A program made the position numbers and the translations under genes. The notes beneath the pieces were generated by a model. That model was not told where the DNA came from, searched no databases, and worked only from the letters and a program-made list of their open reading frames with translations. A DNA stretch of 63,996 bases, the filler included, from Sphacelaria rigidula (lineage: Eukaryota): the NCBI GenBank assembly GCA_964200075.2. It is 4 parts of 4 records of this genome, joined end to end, with 100 filler letters (N's around TTAATTAATTAA, not from the genome) between each part and the next. Parts side by side here need not be neighbours in the genome. Positions count along the whole stretch, not along the records: positions 32,118 to 48,075 come from CAXNAA020001542.1; 3 more parts are not named here. One strand, given 5' to 3'. Of this stretch, positions 37,451-48,175 are shown one piece after another; the first letter of the stretch is position 1, and each line of letters opens with the position of its first letter.

Positions 37451-37639
37451 CTGCGTTCTTCAGCTTTCAACAGCCGATCATCGAAATTGAGGACGGAGCT
37501 TCTCATTGAGAATGAGAGCCCGGAGGATTCAAATCTTCGTATCCGCACGAAATCTTTGAAATAGTTCCATCCCTTCACCTACTACTGGTGTCTACGCGAC
37601 AAGTTCTACACGCCATACAAATTGTGATCTGACTACCTG

Positions 37640-38715
37640 CCCGCGTTCGTCCCACATGCCTTGCATCGACACCAGAGCACCTCGAATACACTCACATAGT
37701 CCGTAGCCATCGTTCAATCTATCGCACGGTGCAAGCGGCCTCGTAGCAAACGATAATCTCGCCTGCTGCACGGTGCCAAAAAAATACCGCCGCCCGCCTG
37801 GACGTGGACGTGGACGTGATGAGCTTCGTCCAAGTCATGACTTGGACATAGCTCATGTTCAGCTCCAGCTAGTGGAATACTTGTCCGTACTGGTCCGATG
37901 TGCCTGGAATCGACACCACAGCAGCTGGAATACGCTCACACAGTTCGCAGCCATCATTCAAGCCATCGCACGGTGTGCAAACGGCCTCGTAGCGGACGAG
38001 AAACGCGCCTCCTACACACAGTACCAAAAAATAACCGCCGCCCGACTGGAGTTGGGCATAAGCTATGTCCAAGTCCCTACTTGGACGTAAATTATGTCCA
38101 ACAACAGCGGGTGGAATACCTGTGCGCCTGTCTCATGTGTCTTGCATCGACACCACAGCAGCTGCAATACACTTACACAGCCCGTAGCCATCGTTCAAGC
38201 TATCGTGGGGTGCAGAGGGCCTCGTAGCGGACGAGAAACGCGCCTGCTACAGTCCGGTGCACATGTATTTTGTGGCATCGTGTGCAGCAGGCGCGTTTCT
38301 CGTCCGCTACGAGGCCGTTTGCACATCGTGCGATGGCTTGAACGGTGGCTGCGAACTGTGTGAGCGTATTCCAGCTGCTATGGTGTCGATTCAAGACACA
38401 TGGGACAAGCACGGGCAGGTATTCCACTCGCTGGAGCTGGACATGAGCTATATGTCCAAGTCGCGACCTGGACATGGCTCATCATGTCCACCTCCAGTCG
38501 GGCGACGTATGTTTTTGGCACTGTGCAGCAGGCGAGATTCTCGTCCGCTACGAGGCCGTTTGCACCCTACGATAGCTTGAACGATCGATGGCTACGGACT
38601 GTGTGAGTGTATTCGGGGTGATGTGGTGTCGATGCAAGGCACATGGGACAAGCACGGACAGGTATTCCACTCGCAGCTGGAGTTGGACATAACTATGTCC
38701 AAGTCGCGACTTGGA
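37640..38715. repeat. Foldback structure of ~230-bp units (3 direct, then 2 inverted)
   Basis: The unit core GGCCTCGTAGCGGACGAGAAACGCGCCTGCT occurs at ~37737, 37984 and 38218 on +, and as reverse complement at ~38285 and 38527. Symmetry centre ~38262. Confidence 0.8.
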
Positions 38716-38911
38716 AATCGCTTCACCCTTCCACAAATACTTCGCTGTGACATGGTTTCGAGAACAGTCCACTCGGCAGATGGACAATTGCGTGCACACA
38801 CCTTTACACCGATAAATAGACCGTGCTTGCCACGCAGACCCAAAGACAAGACACTTCTGACAGCTCGGGTTCACATACCTCAAGTGTCTCGGGAGAAAGA
38901 GAGGGAGAGAT

Positions 38912-39160
38912 GACACTTTCTACGATAGCCCCTCCCCCAAAAGTGCCTGGTTTGGGGAGGCAAAATCGTGCCGTTAATCCAAATAGAAAGAGCCGAGCAC
39001 AACGAGCAGGTGGGAATTCCCACGCTTGGGTTCGTTCTCGCCAATGTCGCCCATATGAGACGCTTCGTGCAGCCTGAACCCAAACATCAGGCGCTGTACG
39101 TCCATTTTTTTGTGAGACTTTTGGGCTGGTTTTAGGGGGGGGGCTATCGTAGAAAGTGTC
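38912..39160. mobile_element. 249-bp MITE with perfect 4-bp TSD (AGAT), Sola-like
   Basis: TIR GACACTTTCTACGATAGCCCC / GGGGCTATCGTAGAAAGTGTC; AGAT at 38908-38911 and 39161-39164. Confidence 0.8.
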
Positions 39161-39424
39161 AGATTCCCCATTTCAGGGCAACGACGGGAAAACAGGCATC
39201 ACAACTCAAGCCGAGCCACTTTCTTTCGTCGGTGGTGATCTTTGGATAACAAGAGATATTGTTTTTTTTATTGTTTTATATTGTTTGAGGATGGTCGGAT
39301 GGATGGTCGGATTTATTTTTTGGACAACGGAAAGACAATATTATGCGAGTCGCTTGCACGTCAAGAATGCATATGCACGCTGATTTCAGATTGTGTTCTC
39401 TTTTGTTTTCTCATACTCGTACAG

Positions 39425-41075
39425 GCAAACAGGATGCCCCATTTCAGGGTGGTTGCGAGGCAACAGACGTTACACCGGAACCAGAACAATTTCGTCACGG
39501 CGTGGCACACACGTTTGAAGAACAATATATACTCGTGGGCATGTACCTGCCTTCGTAGGCATGCTGTCCCACATATTATCCAAGATCGGTAGGTGGTGGC
39601 GGGAGTGCATGCACGAAACACGGAATCCAAATTCTGCGCTCATGACGCTAGGGGGTGTGCGGCAGCACCGTGTTGTTTTTGTCGCCGCTTCCTCACATCG
39701 CATATCGTGTGCACTATGTTAGAAGGAAAAGGGCCGAGGGGAACGAGAGGTAAATTCAAATCTTCCCACCCTAAACGAAACTAGCAGTGCCGTGTATTCT
39801 CCCGCTGGGCATGCACCATGATCATACCGGCGGGTTTATGTACCAGGTTGTCATTCTCTCGTACGTATATTGCTTGGCTCGCCGACTATAATATATGGGT
39901 TGTGGATTTACAAATATGAGGCGCGGATTGTATGTGTAGTGACAGGTCGCGTCACTTCCCCTCACCAGCGAATCAACGTAATGTCCCACTGCAGCCTTCT
40001 CCTTCCCCACACATCCGAGACGCAAACGTAACGACAAAAAACTGTTCTTGATTTGGTTTGGTCGTCACCGACACCAAATTATCGATGCATGCTAACGACT
40101 GCGCTGGCGGTAGCGAAGTTATTCCGTCTTATGTGCGAACCACCGCATTTATTCTGCGCTGCAACCCAACTTAGGTCCGCCCACTTGAACACTAATCGTG
40201 ACAAATATCTCACCTGCTGTAGTGTCTGATGACTTCTTCAGCTGCAAGTCTGCCGAGTGGCAATCACCCCTCCGAAAACCTTGACGTCGAGGTGAGTGGC
40301 GGATAATGTGTACGATTTGTCGTGACAACGTTCTACATAATTTGTACAAGTTTTGCGGCATGTGAATGTCAGCCTTTTGTTCACCCCTTGTGTGAAATTC
40401 GTGTTGTCTTCATGTCGATACTAGCGTGAATCCACTTTGTCGAGCTGGGGTCGGCAAAATCCTGTTCGCTGCAACACATGACAAAATCCACCACTGCACT
40501 CACATAGATAGTTGGCTCTCCACGTAACATCATGCTTGCGTGAAGCGATCGACATGTCATTCGACCGGTGCGCTTGCCTACATGGGGCATATCAAGTGTT
40601 GTCAGGCGCTGGGGTACTCTGAAATTTATCTTGAGCAAAGGTTCGTGATTTTCTCATCGCATTTACTTGAAGCGCCAACACCAGAAAGGGCAGCCCCACA
40701 GCCCTGCAGGTCGAGACCGCCCAGCGGTACGAGCGCTTTGTGAAATCTCGGCAACCGGCCGTCGTCTTCTTTCCGTGGGGACAGTTCATCCTGACTTTCG
40801 TGATTACACTGTGTATACAGGCATATCATGTACGACGTCAACTTTGTGCAGGATGATCATGCAGATATATCGTACATGTCGGGATGGCGAATGCGTTCTG
40901 GTATTTCCCGGCGAAAACACATCCTCTGGGTATTGGGAGCCATTCCACGTTCGGAGAGGATATATATCGATCAAAATATTGCGTGAAGGAGACCTAGGCG
41001 TTAGTCCGTCATGGCAGAAGCAGAGGTGCATGACTCCTTTTTTAACTACTTTCAGCCAAATAACAGTAGCTTGAC
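39425..41075 (+). pseudogene. Decayed transposase-like gene with SWIM-like and CxC-like segments (possibly KDZ/Zisupton type)
   Basis: WACTC...(in-frame TAG)...FCAH (CxC-xn-CxH) at 39535-39642, and YTGISC...YRTCRDGECVLVFPGE at ~40810-40915. Confidence 0.35.
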
Positions 41076-41095
41076 TATATATACTCCATTAACAC

Positions 41096-41472
41096 GCAAA
41101 GATATGTTCAGGAAGCGAAAAGTTTACCCATTGAACCGGTGAGCGCTCACTGAACGAAAGATATGCTGTGTGGTCCGTCCCGGCATGACACTTCAGTGAT
41201 TTCCGGGGCTTCCTGCCCCTCGCAAGCCTCACTGCCCACATTTCGAATTCTACCAATAATCGATGGTCTGGAGTCTCGAACCCCCGAACTCGTGTTCCAT
41301 GAGCGGACATTCGACCATTGAGCCACCATTGAGTCAAGTTACGCGGTTCGAGTCCTGGCATGATCGATTGTGGAAGGAATGAGTTTTACATGTGAACAGT
41401 GAAGCTTGCGAGGGGTAATGGGCCCCGGAGATAACTGATGATGTGTCATGCCGGGACGAACCACACAGCATA
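41096..41472. mobile_element. Two abutting arms of the palindromic repeat family with tRNA-like termini
   Basis: 41163-41262 is the reverse complement of 41363-41470. Between them lie a tRNA-like sequence on - (41264-41328) and a B-box GGTTCGAGTCC on + (41345-41355). Confidence 0.7.
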
Positions 41473-44400
41473 TATAATATTGTTCAGAATTTTGCCTACC
41501 TTTCGCACATTTTCCTCAGTACCACTGATCAGAATGTCATCCATATGGACGGCTAAAATCACACGCACGTCTCCTGCATCCTCGATCTTGGCAACACAAG
41601 GATCAGCCTTACATTGCACCATCCCGACATCCTCCAGCAAAGTTTGGCACAGAATATGTGACCACTGCCTGCCTGCTTGCTTGATCCCGTAAATAGATTT
41701 TTCGAGCTTAACGGTCACGTCTGTCAAAACGTAGCAACCTTCAGGCAGCCTCATGTACACGTCAGTGTTCATCTTCGCTTGAACAAAAGTCTGTGTTACG
41801 TCGAAATGGTACAGCGGCCACTCTTCCTGAACTGCCACTGCCATGACCAGTTTGATGGGGGCCATGGAGGGCGTTGCCGCGAAAATATCAAAATAGTCGA
41901 CTGCGAAACGTTGTTCGAATCCTCGTGCTACCAACCTAGTCTTTGCCTTCGTTATAGTACCATCTGCGTTAGTTTTCCAACTGAAAACTCACTTCGCTGA
42001 AATCACGTTTACTCCTTCCGGTACAGGGCCAATCGAAAATGTTTCAGCCTTTTCATGACCTCCTAGTTCGGCCTACATCGCGCCTAACCATGCCTCTCAA
42101 ACCTCTGATTTTGCTATGTCATCCATACTGGTGGGTGCTGCCTCTACTTCGCTTACACATGTAGGCCAACCGGTGAACGCAAACCGAACTCAGGCTGCAC
42201 TACTCTGTTTTCCTCAGCAACAAAACAAAAACACTCGTTTTCGGCCAACTCTTTCTGGATCGAAGCGACTACGTCTTGTCCTGCCACCTGTCCTGCTGCC
42301 GCGGTGATCATCTCCACGGTTGAGCATTTGTCGTCGGCCATCCCCGCCAGCGCCATCGATTCCTTTCTGCTCCCCTCTGCTCCGCTAGCCACCAGCGTTT
42401 CGCCATGTGTGTGTGCCGACCCCATGGCCTCGCGCGTTTGGTTCCTCGTACGCCCCGCCCTTGGTGTCGACAACTCCTCGGCGTTGGTCTCGGCGTAGGC
42501 GTAGGTGTCGGCATCTGTGCTGGTGTCAGCGTCGGCGCTGATGTTGACGTTGATATAGATGGTGATGATGGTGATTCCAGCTCCCCCTCACCCCCTCCGT
42601 TGACAGAATCTGGAACGGGGATCTCTGGTATCACCTCGCCTTCTCCCCCCGCTCGCGGGGACGGTGAAGGCACTTCGCCCCCTCCAATACTGACAGGGAT
42701 CTGCGGTGCTGCCCCGCCCCCCCACCAATGGAACTTGGCGGGGAGGACGGTGCGCTTGAGGAACCGCTGGACGAAGTGTCCACTGTCGAGTTTTCCATCC
42801 TTTCCTCGCTCACTTCCTGGCCTGCATCGACTTTGGGATCCTTCAGCTCGGCCGGCGTCTGGATCGCTTGTGCTCTCGTGTGTGTCGATCTTGGAATCGG
42901 CCGTCGTAGTCCCTTCGCCTCTGAGCAACCGCGGCAGGGCTGCAGCTCCCTATTCAGCTGCTTTCCCAGCTGCTTCGCGGTCTCTCGCAATACGTCCTAG
43001 TGGACGTGGGCGTGGGCACAGAAGAAATCGTTCATGTCAGCAATCTGGGGGCTAGGCGGAGCCCCCGGGGAAATAACAGCATATTATGTCGAAGCACATT
43101 TGTCACTACCACTTTGGTCGAGGCGGCGGGCGTACATTTTTAGTTGACGTGTTTGTCCGGGTGTTTTCAGTGTACTGCCTGAAATGACATATGACATGAA
43201 ACCTTCACGAAAATCAGTGTGGGTGTGTCCCATGTTCTGGGTTCTCGTTAGTGACAAGAGGTGATGGCGGACGTGAGGTAAATGGTCAGCATCCATTAAT
43301 TTGACCATCACATCCTGTCCGTCAGATCTGAAGGCAAGGTACGAACTTCCTTTGCCTACAATCGGGTAAGCATTGCCACACGCGCACCGTAGTATCCTAC
43401 CCTGACACTCTCTGTACTCCGTCATCCCATGGGAAGCGGGGGAGAAATGCTGGGTAGCCCCCGTGTCGAATGGCCAAGGTTCGCCCTCACCCTCCTGTTT
43501 ATCACCCCTGCCCAACACACAATACGTACTCGCCTGTTTCGCCGTTGATGGTGGTGTCAAAAGAGGTGACAGCCTCTCCGTCCGCGTCCAAGCAAACGGA
43601 GGAATCGTCGCTGTCGTCGGCCGCACCCATCGCCATCGCCACATCTTCTTCTTTCGCTGTCGATCTCTGACAATCCCAGAACTTGTGCCCCTGTTGATCG
43701 CACCTCCCGCAGTATCTCTTCGGGCAGTCCCTGGCGCGGTGCGTCGTGCCCTAATCGCAAACGTGGCAGCGGAGCAGCTTCGTAGTCGCCGGTATGCCGT
43801 CCGACGATGTCGACCTAGAGCTACTTGAAATCTGGCTCCCGCCATCTTTCTGACCAGAGCCCTGGGGTTTTCCCGATTTTCTCTGCGGTGTGCACCGCTC
43901 GGTTTCCCGGTCCCACCCCTGGCGAGGAGACCTTGGTCGCCCGGGGATGACGTCTTCCCCCGGGGAAGTTCGTGCTTCAAAGAGGTCGACTCGAAGCGCT
44001 TTCGGACCGAGGTTAGCAGAACCTCCCATGTCAGCGACCCCTCTCGACCCTCCAGCAACTGCTTCTGCACGTGATACTCGTATGGCAAGGCGTTGAGGTA
44101 TTTCAAGAGGATATGGTTTTCGCTTAGGGGTTGATGTTCCTTGTATGAATTCAGGTCTCGTGCAATTTTCTCCATCTCGAGCAGCTTCTGCTCTGGATCG
44201 TCATGAGCACCACTCTTGACTCCATCGAGGTTTCCCAACCAAGCGGTTCTTGCCCCATTTGTTTTGGGGCGAAAGACATCCGCAAGTTTTCTCCAAACCG
44301 CACCAGGTGAGTGGACTCTGAGCAAGATATCTTGTCTCTCTTTCCTTCTAAACCGGTAACAAGCACTCGGCTCGCCTTCATGTGGGCTGCCACTGTGTCC

Positions 44401-45046
44401 TTCCCGTATCTAGGTTCTAGGCATCCAAGTGCTAATTCAGGGTCACCGACATCTACGTCGTGCGAACTATCGCCGGCCATGGTAAACACCCAGTCAATTC
44501 CTTTGCCCCTCGCAAAGCTGACCAGCTCATGTCTGTACCGAGCATACTCTGCGTTTTTTCCTGAACATTTTGGGACGTTCTGTCGAAAAACGGGAACTCC
44601 TGACACATTTCCACTTGCATCGTTTATTAAGATTGGCTCACGTTCGAGGAGAAAGCCCCTAGCTCCGTCGTCTCTGGTCTCGTTTTCCCTCGCGTCGCGA
44701 GCTCCTTCCTCCGGAACGGCTTGACTCCCCTGGTGTACCGGCAGTCTCTCCGAACTCCGGCACTACGTCGCTCTACTGCACTGTTTGTTCTGGATGCCCC
44801 CTGTGGACAATGGGAACCATCACTATCGAGGACGTAATTTGTTTTTGCGCCTCCCGGACTCTCTTACTACCCTCATGTCGTTCACGTCCCTCCGTCATGC
44901 ACCTTGCTTTAACTGCGAGTCACGCAGTAGCTCAGCCATGGAACTCAGCTAGTTACCATCCCCAACTGCTCAGTAACACCCTGCTCACCGACTACTGTAG
45001 CAGGCTTACCACCTTGATCTGCTATCATGCCCAACCGGTTGTAACA
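41473..45046 (-). mobile_element. Ty1/copia LTR retrotransposon, degenerate (5' LTR, gag, protease, GAG-pre-integrase, RT; integrase core, RNase H and 3' LTR missing)
   Basis: RT: KTRLVARGFEQ, HFDVTQTFVQA, LEKSIYGIKQAGRQW, AVHMDDILISG (41480-42000). Protease: WPFDTGATQHF. Gag with Cys-rich knuckle region (43650-44606). Pre-integrase: LQPCRGCSEAKG. Several frameshifts. Confidence 0.9.
44824..45046 (-). repeat. Putative 5' LTR of the copia element, followed by a PBS-like sequence
   Basis: Minus strand starts TGTTACAACC, ends ...CCTCGATA (degenerate CA) and is followed by GTGATGGTTCCC, just upstream of gag. No second LTR is available to confirm the boundaries. Confidence 0.5.
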
Positions 45047-45051
45047 CCAGT

Positions 45052-45456
45052 GTATTCCGTGGCACGTGTCGAAGGAAAAATAGTTTTATCTTTTTTTGTA
45101 TTATTGGAGCGTGCCTTGATGGAGTCGATCCTATGATCGAGGGATCAGATGTGGAGTGAGGGCTTGCGGGAAGCCCCGGAGATTACTGAGGTTTCATGCC
45201 GGAACAGACCACGCAGCATACGTTTTGTTCAGTGAGCGAACAGTTCACCCATTGAAGCAGTGAACGCTCACTGAACAAAATATATGCTGCGTGGTCCGTC
45301 CCGGCATGACACTTCAGTGATTTCCGGGGCTTCCTGCCGCCGCAAGCCCTCACTCCACATTTGATCCCTCTATCATGGGATCGACTCCGTCAAGGCACTC
45401 TCCAATAATGCAAAAGATAAAACTATCTCTATCCTTCGCTACGGGCCACAGAATAA
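45052..45456. mobile_element. ~400-bp near-perfect palindromic element
   Basis: Arms TATTGGAGCGTGCCTTGATGGAGTCGATCC...GTTCAGTGAGCG and CGCTCACTGAAC...GGATCGACTCCGTCAAGGCACTCTCCAATA surround the loop AACAGTTCACCCATTGAAGCAGTGAA. Confidence 0.82.
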
Positions 45457-46023
45457 GAGATTTGTACAGCAATGTGCCGTTCTGTATATCATACCTCTGA
45501 ACCTCGTTTTTCAGGCAGTAATTGACCAATTTGAACCCCCTTCATGGGACGTTCACAGGCAGAGCGATCTAGACATCGACGACCTTCATGTCTGCCGCGA
45601 GGGCAGTGATCGATTAAATTTGTGACATAGTCAATTACCTCAACATGCATATTTTCCTCATAGTTGGGTAGGAAGTATAAAGTTTCGAATCCCTGATGCA
45701 CATGGTGTACTAGGTTTTTGTTGAGCGCCGATACGAAAACAAGACTGACGGTTGTTGCTAGAGCCTGAAGAACTACTTCACTGCGCCCTACATGCGTAAT
45801 CACAAGCACCCACTCTTGGACGTGGCGCCTCACGTGGGCTGCCTACCGTTTCCACCCTTGACTCACCCAACACGTCCATTACGCACCGATGTTGGGTAAT
45901 CAAGCCTACTTTTGAGGGTTTCTTCTTTCTTTGTTGGTACCCGAGCCATCCCAACCTAGGCGAGGATCAGGTTTTCCACGAACGTGGCCACTCGGCGCAA
46001 CAGTCTTATATGACAGGCAACCA

Positions 46024-46430
46024 CCCTGCCGTGGGACGGTTTTTGCGTCTATTTGCCCAGCTTTGCCTGTCAATCGAGAACAAAAGCAGACGACGAATCC
46101 GTTATTGCCTACCGTAACCACTAAGAGTGGTTTCTCCTCCGGGAGGGAATATGACCACACACATACACACACATACATACACACACACACACATACCGTT
46201 CCCCCCACCTTCTCGAAAGGGGTGCGTGGTAACCCACTCTGCCGCGGGACGGCTTTTGCGTCTTTTTGCCCAGCTTTACTTGCCAGATCGAGAATAAGAG
46301 CACACGACGAACCCGTCATTGCCTGCCGCAACCACTGAGAGTGGCTCCTTCGCTCGAGAGGGAATATGGTCACACACACACACACACACCGTTCCCCTCA
46401 CCGTCTCGGAAGGGATGCGTGGTAAATGGT
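46024..46430 (+). repeat. Two tandem ~215-bp units, each containing a (CA)n microsatellite
   Basis: CTGCCG(T/C)GGGACGG...GAGGGAATATG...(CA)n...CCGTTCCCC repeated at 46026 and 46239. Confidence 0.75.
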
Positions 46431-47202
46431 AAATTACCAAGGCAGGCATCAAACGAGGACGCCCCCCCCGCCCTTTTATCATAATGACCCACAAACATGT
46501 AATGCTGCACTACTGCTACGCCGGTAGGGGTGCCAAAAAGACCCCGTGCATCTTTAGCACAATATTATGAAGGATTATCCGACAAAATTGGACTTTAAAA
46601 CTGACCTTGATGAGTAAAATTTTGATCTCTCGAAAAAGATACAATTATCCTTTTCGACTCACGACGTGAAACTGTCTGTCCCTTCTTGAACGACTGAGGA
46701 CAACGTGATTAGATCCTGTGAGAATCGACCGTACAAGTAGACTGAAGGAGCACGAGAAACATTATTGGGAGCATGAAATACTACATGCACACTGTTGTTG
46801 CTCGGACTTATATTCGGAACTCGAGTTGTTCCGCGCCTCCTCGCGCAAGCTTTAGGCCCATACAACACATAACCAGAGGTTGCGGTGGGAAGGAGGCAGT
46901 GCCATGTTTTTGTGTAATCATGTGAGTCTCCAAGCATATCTTCAAGTGTACAGGTTGTGGACTCGAAAGCAGTGCAACTACGGACATGGGATACGGAAAT
47001 AGTTTTTGTAGTTCAACTGGCCCTACTTGAATTATGTGCCGGCGTAGAAATATTCCTCTTAGAAAGCGGTTCGACTCAAGAAAACGACGCAGGCTTGTGG
47101 AGAAGAAGGTTGCACCAGTACTCGTTTGGGGATGCACTCGTTTGGGAGTGACGTATGCGCGAAAGAGAAATAGACAACCGGCACAGGTGCAGATAAATTG
47201 CT

Positions 47203-47458
47203 GAGTCATGCCATGATAAGGGGGGGGGATTTCGTGCCATTTTCTCCACGAAGCTCTACTTCACATCGCCGTTGAAAGCAGCAACGGTTGTTCGAACATA
47301 CTTGTTACCTATCAATAACGCTCATTCGTACTGAGTGATGCCATTGTCACCCAAATACAAGCGCACCGTGAGTGTGTTACTGTAGGTCGTCCGACACACC
47401 TATGGACTCTGTTTTTCGTGAAATCAAACAACCCCCCCCCCCTATCGTGGTATGGCTC
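47203..47458. mobile_element. 256-bp MITE, Sola-like (G-run variant)
   Basis: TIR GAGTCATGCCATGATAAGGGGGGG / CCCCCCCTATCGTGGTATGGCTC, flanks TGCT/GGCT. Another left end at 47998 is truncated by the gap. Confidence 0.68.
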
Positions 47459-48075
47459 GGCTTGCACACAGTTCTTTATCAGAAATGAATTGCAGCACGC
47501 GGGGGAACGGTGGCAGCTGCCTGCTGAAATAATGATCGGATGTCTGCGTCATTTTTATGGCACGCTGGATCCATGCCACCTGTAGTCTGGAGTCGAGGGA
47601 TGGTGTCAGCACAAAAATAACATAAAACGAAGCCCGAACATTTAGTGACCTACGGCGTGTTCACGTTTCCAAGTAAAGAGTGTGGTACCATCCTCCCAGT
47701 TTTGGCTATGAACGGAGTAGAGGCTGCTCTGGTTGGCTTCTAGGATTTGCAAAAAGAAGTTCCGTCTTTTGACATACTGGTACGTTACCATTGACGACTT
47801 TTTCGGGGATACAACGAGATACGGCCATCGGCCAGGTTGTACGTGGATATATTCTCCCCACAAAACGTACGAGTAGCGATGCGTCGAACTGCACATAACG
47901 TGATTACTGAATGTATTAGCATCTTCGTTGGTTTCTATTCTCGTATGTCGCGAACAGCATCCCGTGCGAGAGCACTATCAATGATTGGGTGATACAGGAG
48001 TCATCCTACGATAGGGGGGGGGGGGGGGTTTTGGGCCATTTGTTGTCCGAAATTTAAAGTCGGGTCGGGGGTGGA

Positions 48076-48175
48076 NNNNNNNNNNNNNNNNNNNNNNNNN
48101 NNNNNNNNNNNNNNNNNNNTTAATTAATTAANNNNNNNNNNNNNNNNNNNNNNNNNNNNNNNNNNNNNNNNNNNN
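48076..48175. other. Artificial contig-joining spacer
   Basis: 44 N + TTAATTAATTAA + 44 N. Confidence 0.97.

Noticed and set aside
37640..38715. CRISPR-like array
   Set aside because: Units are ~230 bp, diverged and partly inverted, with homologous rather than unique spacers; eukaryotic context and no cas genes.
1399..41075. Physical TET/JBP-KDZ transposon linkage between the contig-1 dioxygenase relic and the contig-3 transposase relic
   Set aside because: They are separated by artificial gaps between unrelated contigs, so adjacency in this window carries no information.
46600..46640. Hammerhead ribozyme core (TGATGAG...CTCGAAA) and other CTGATGA hits
   Set aside because: The CUGAUGA core is imperfect, or stems I-III cannot be formed by eye.
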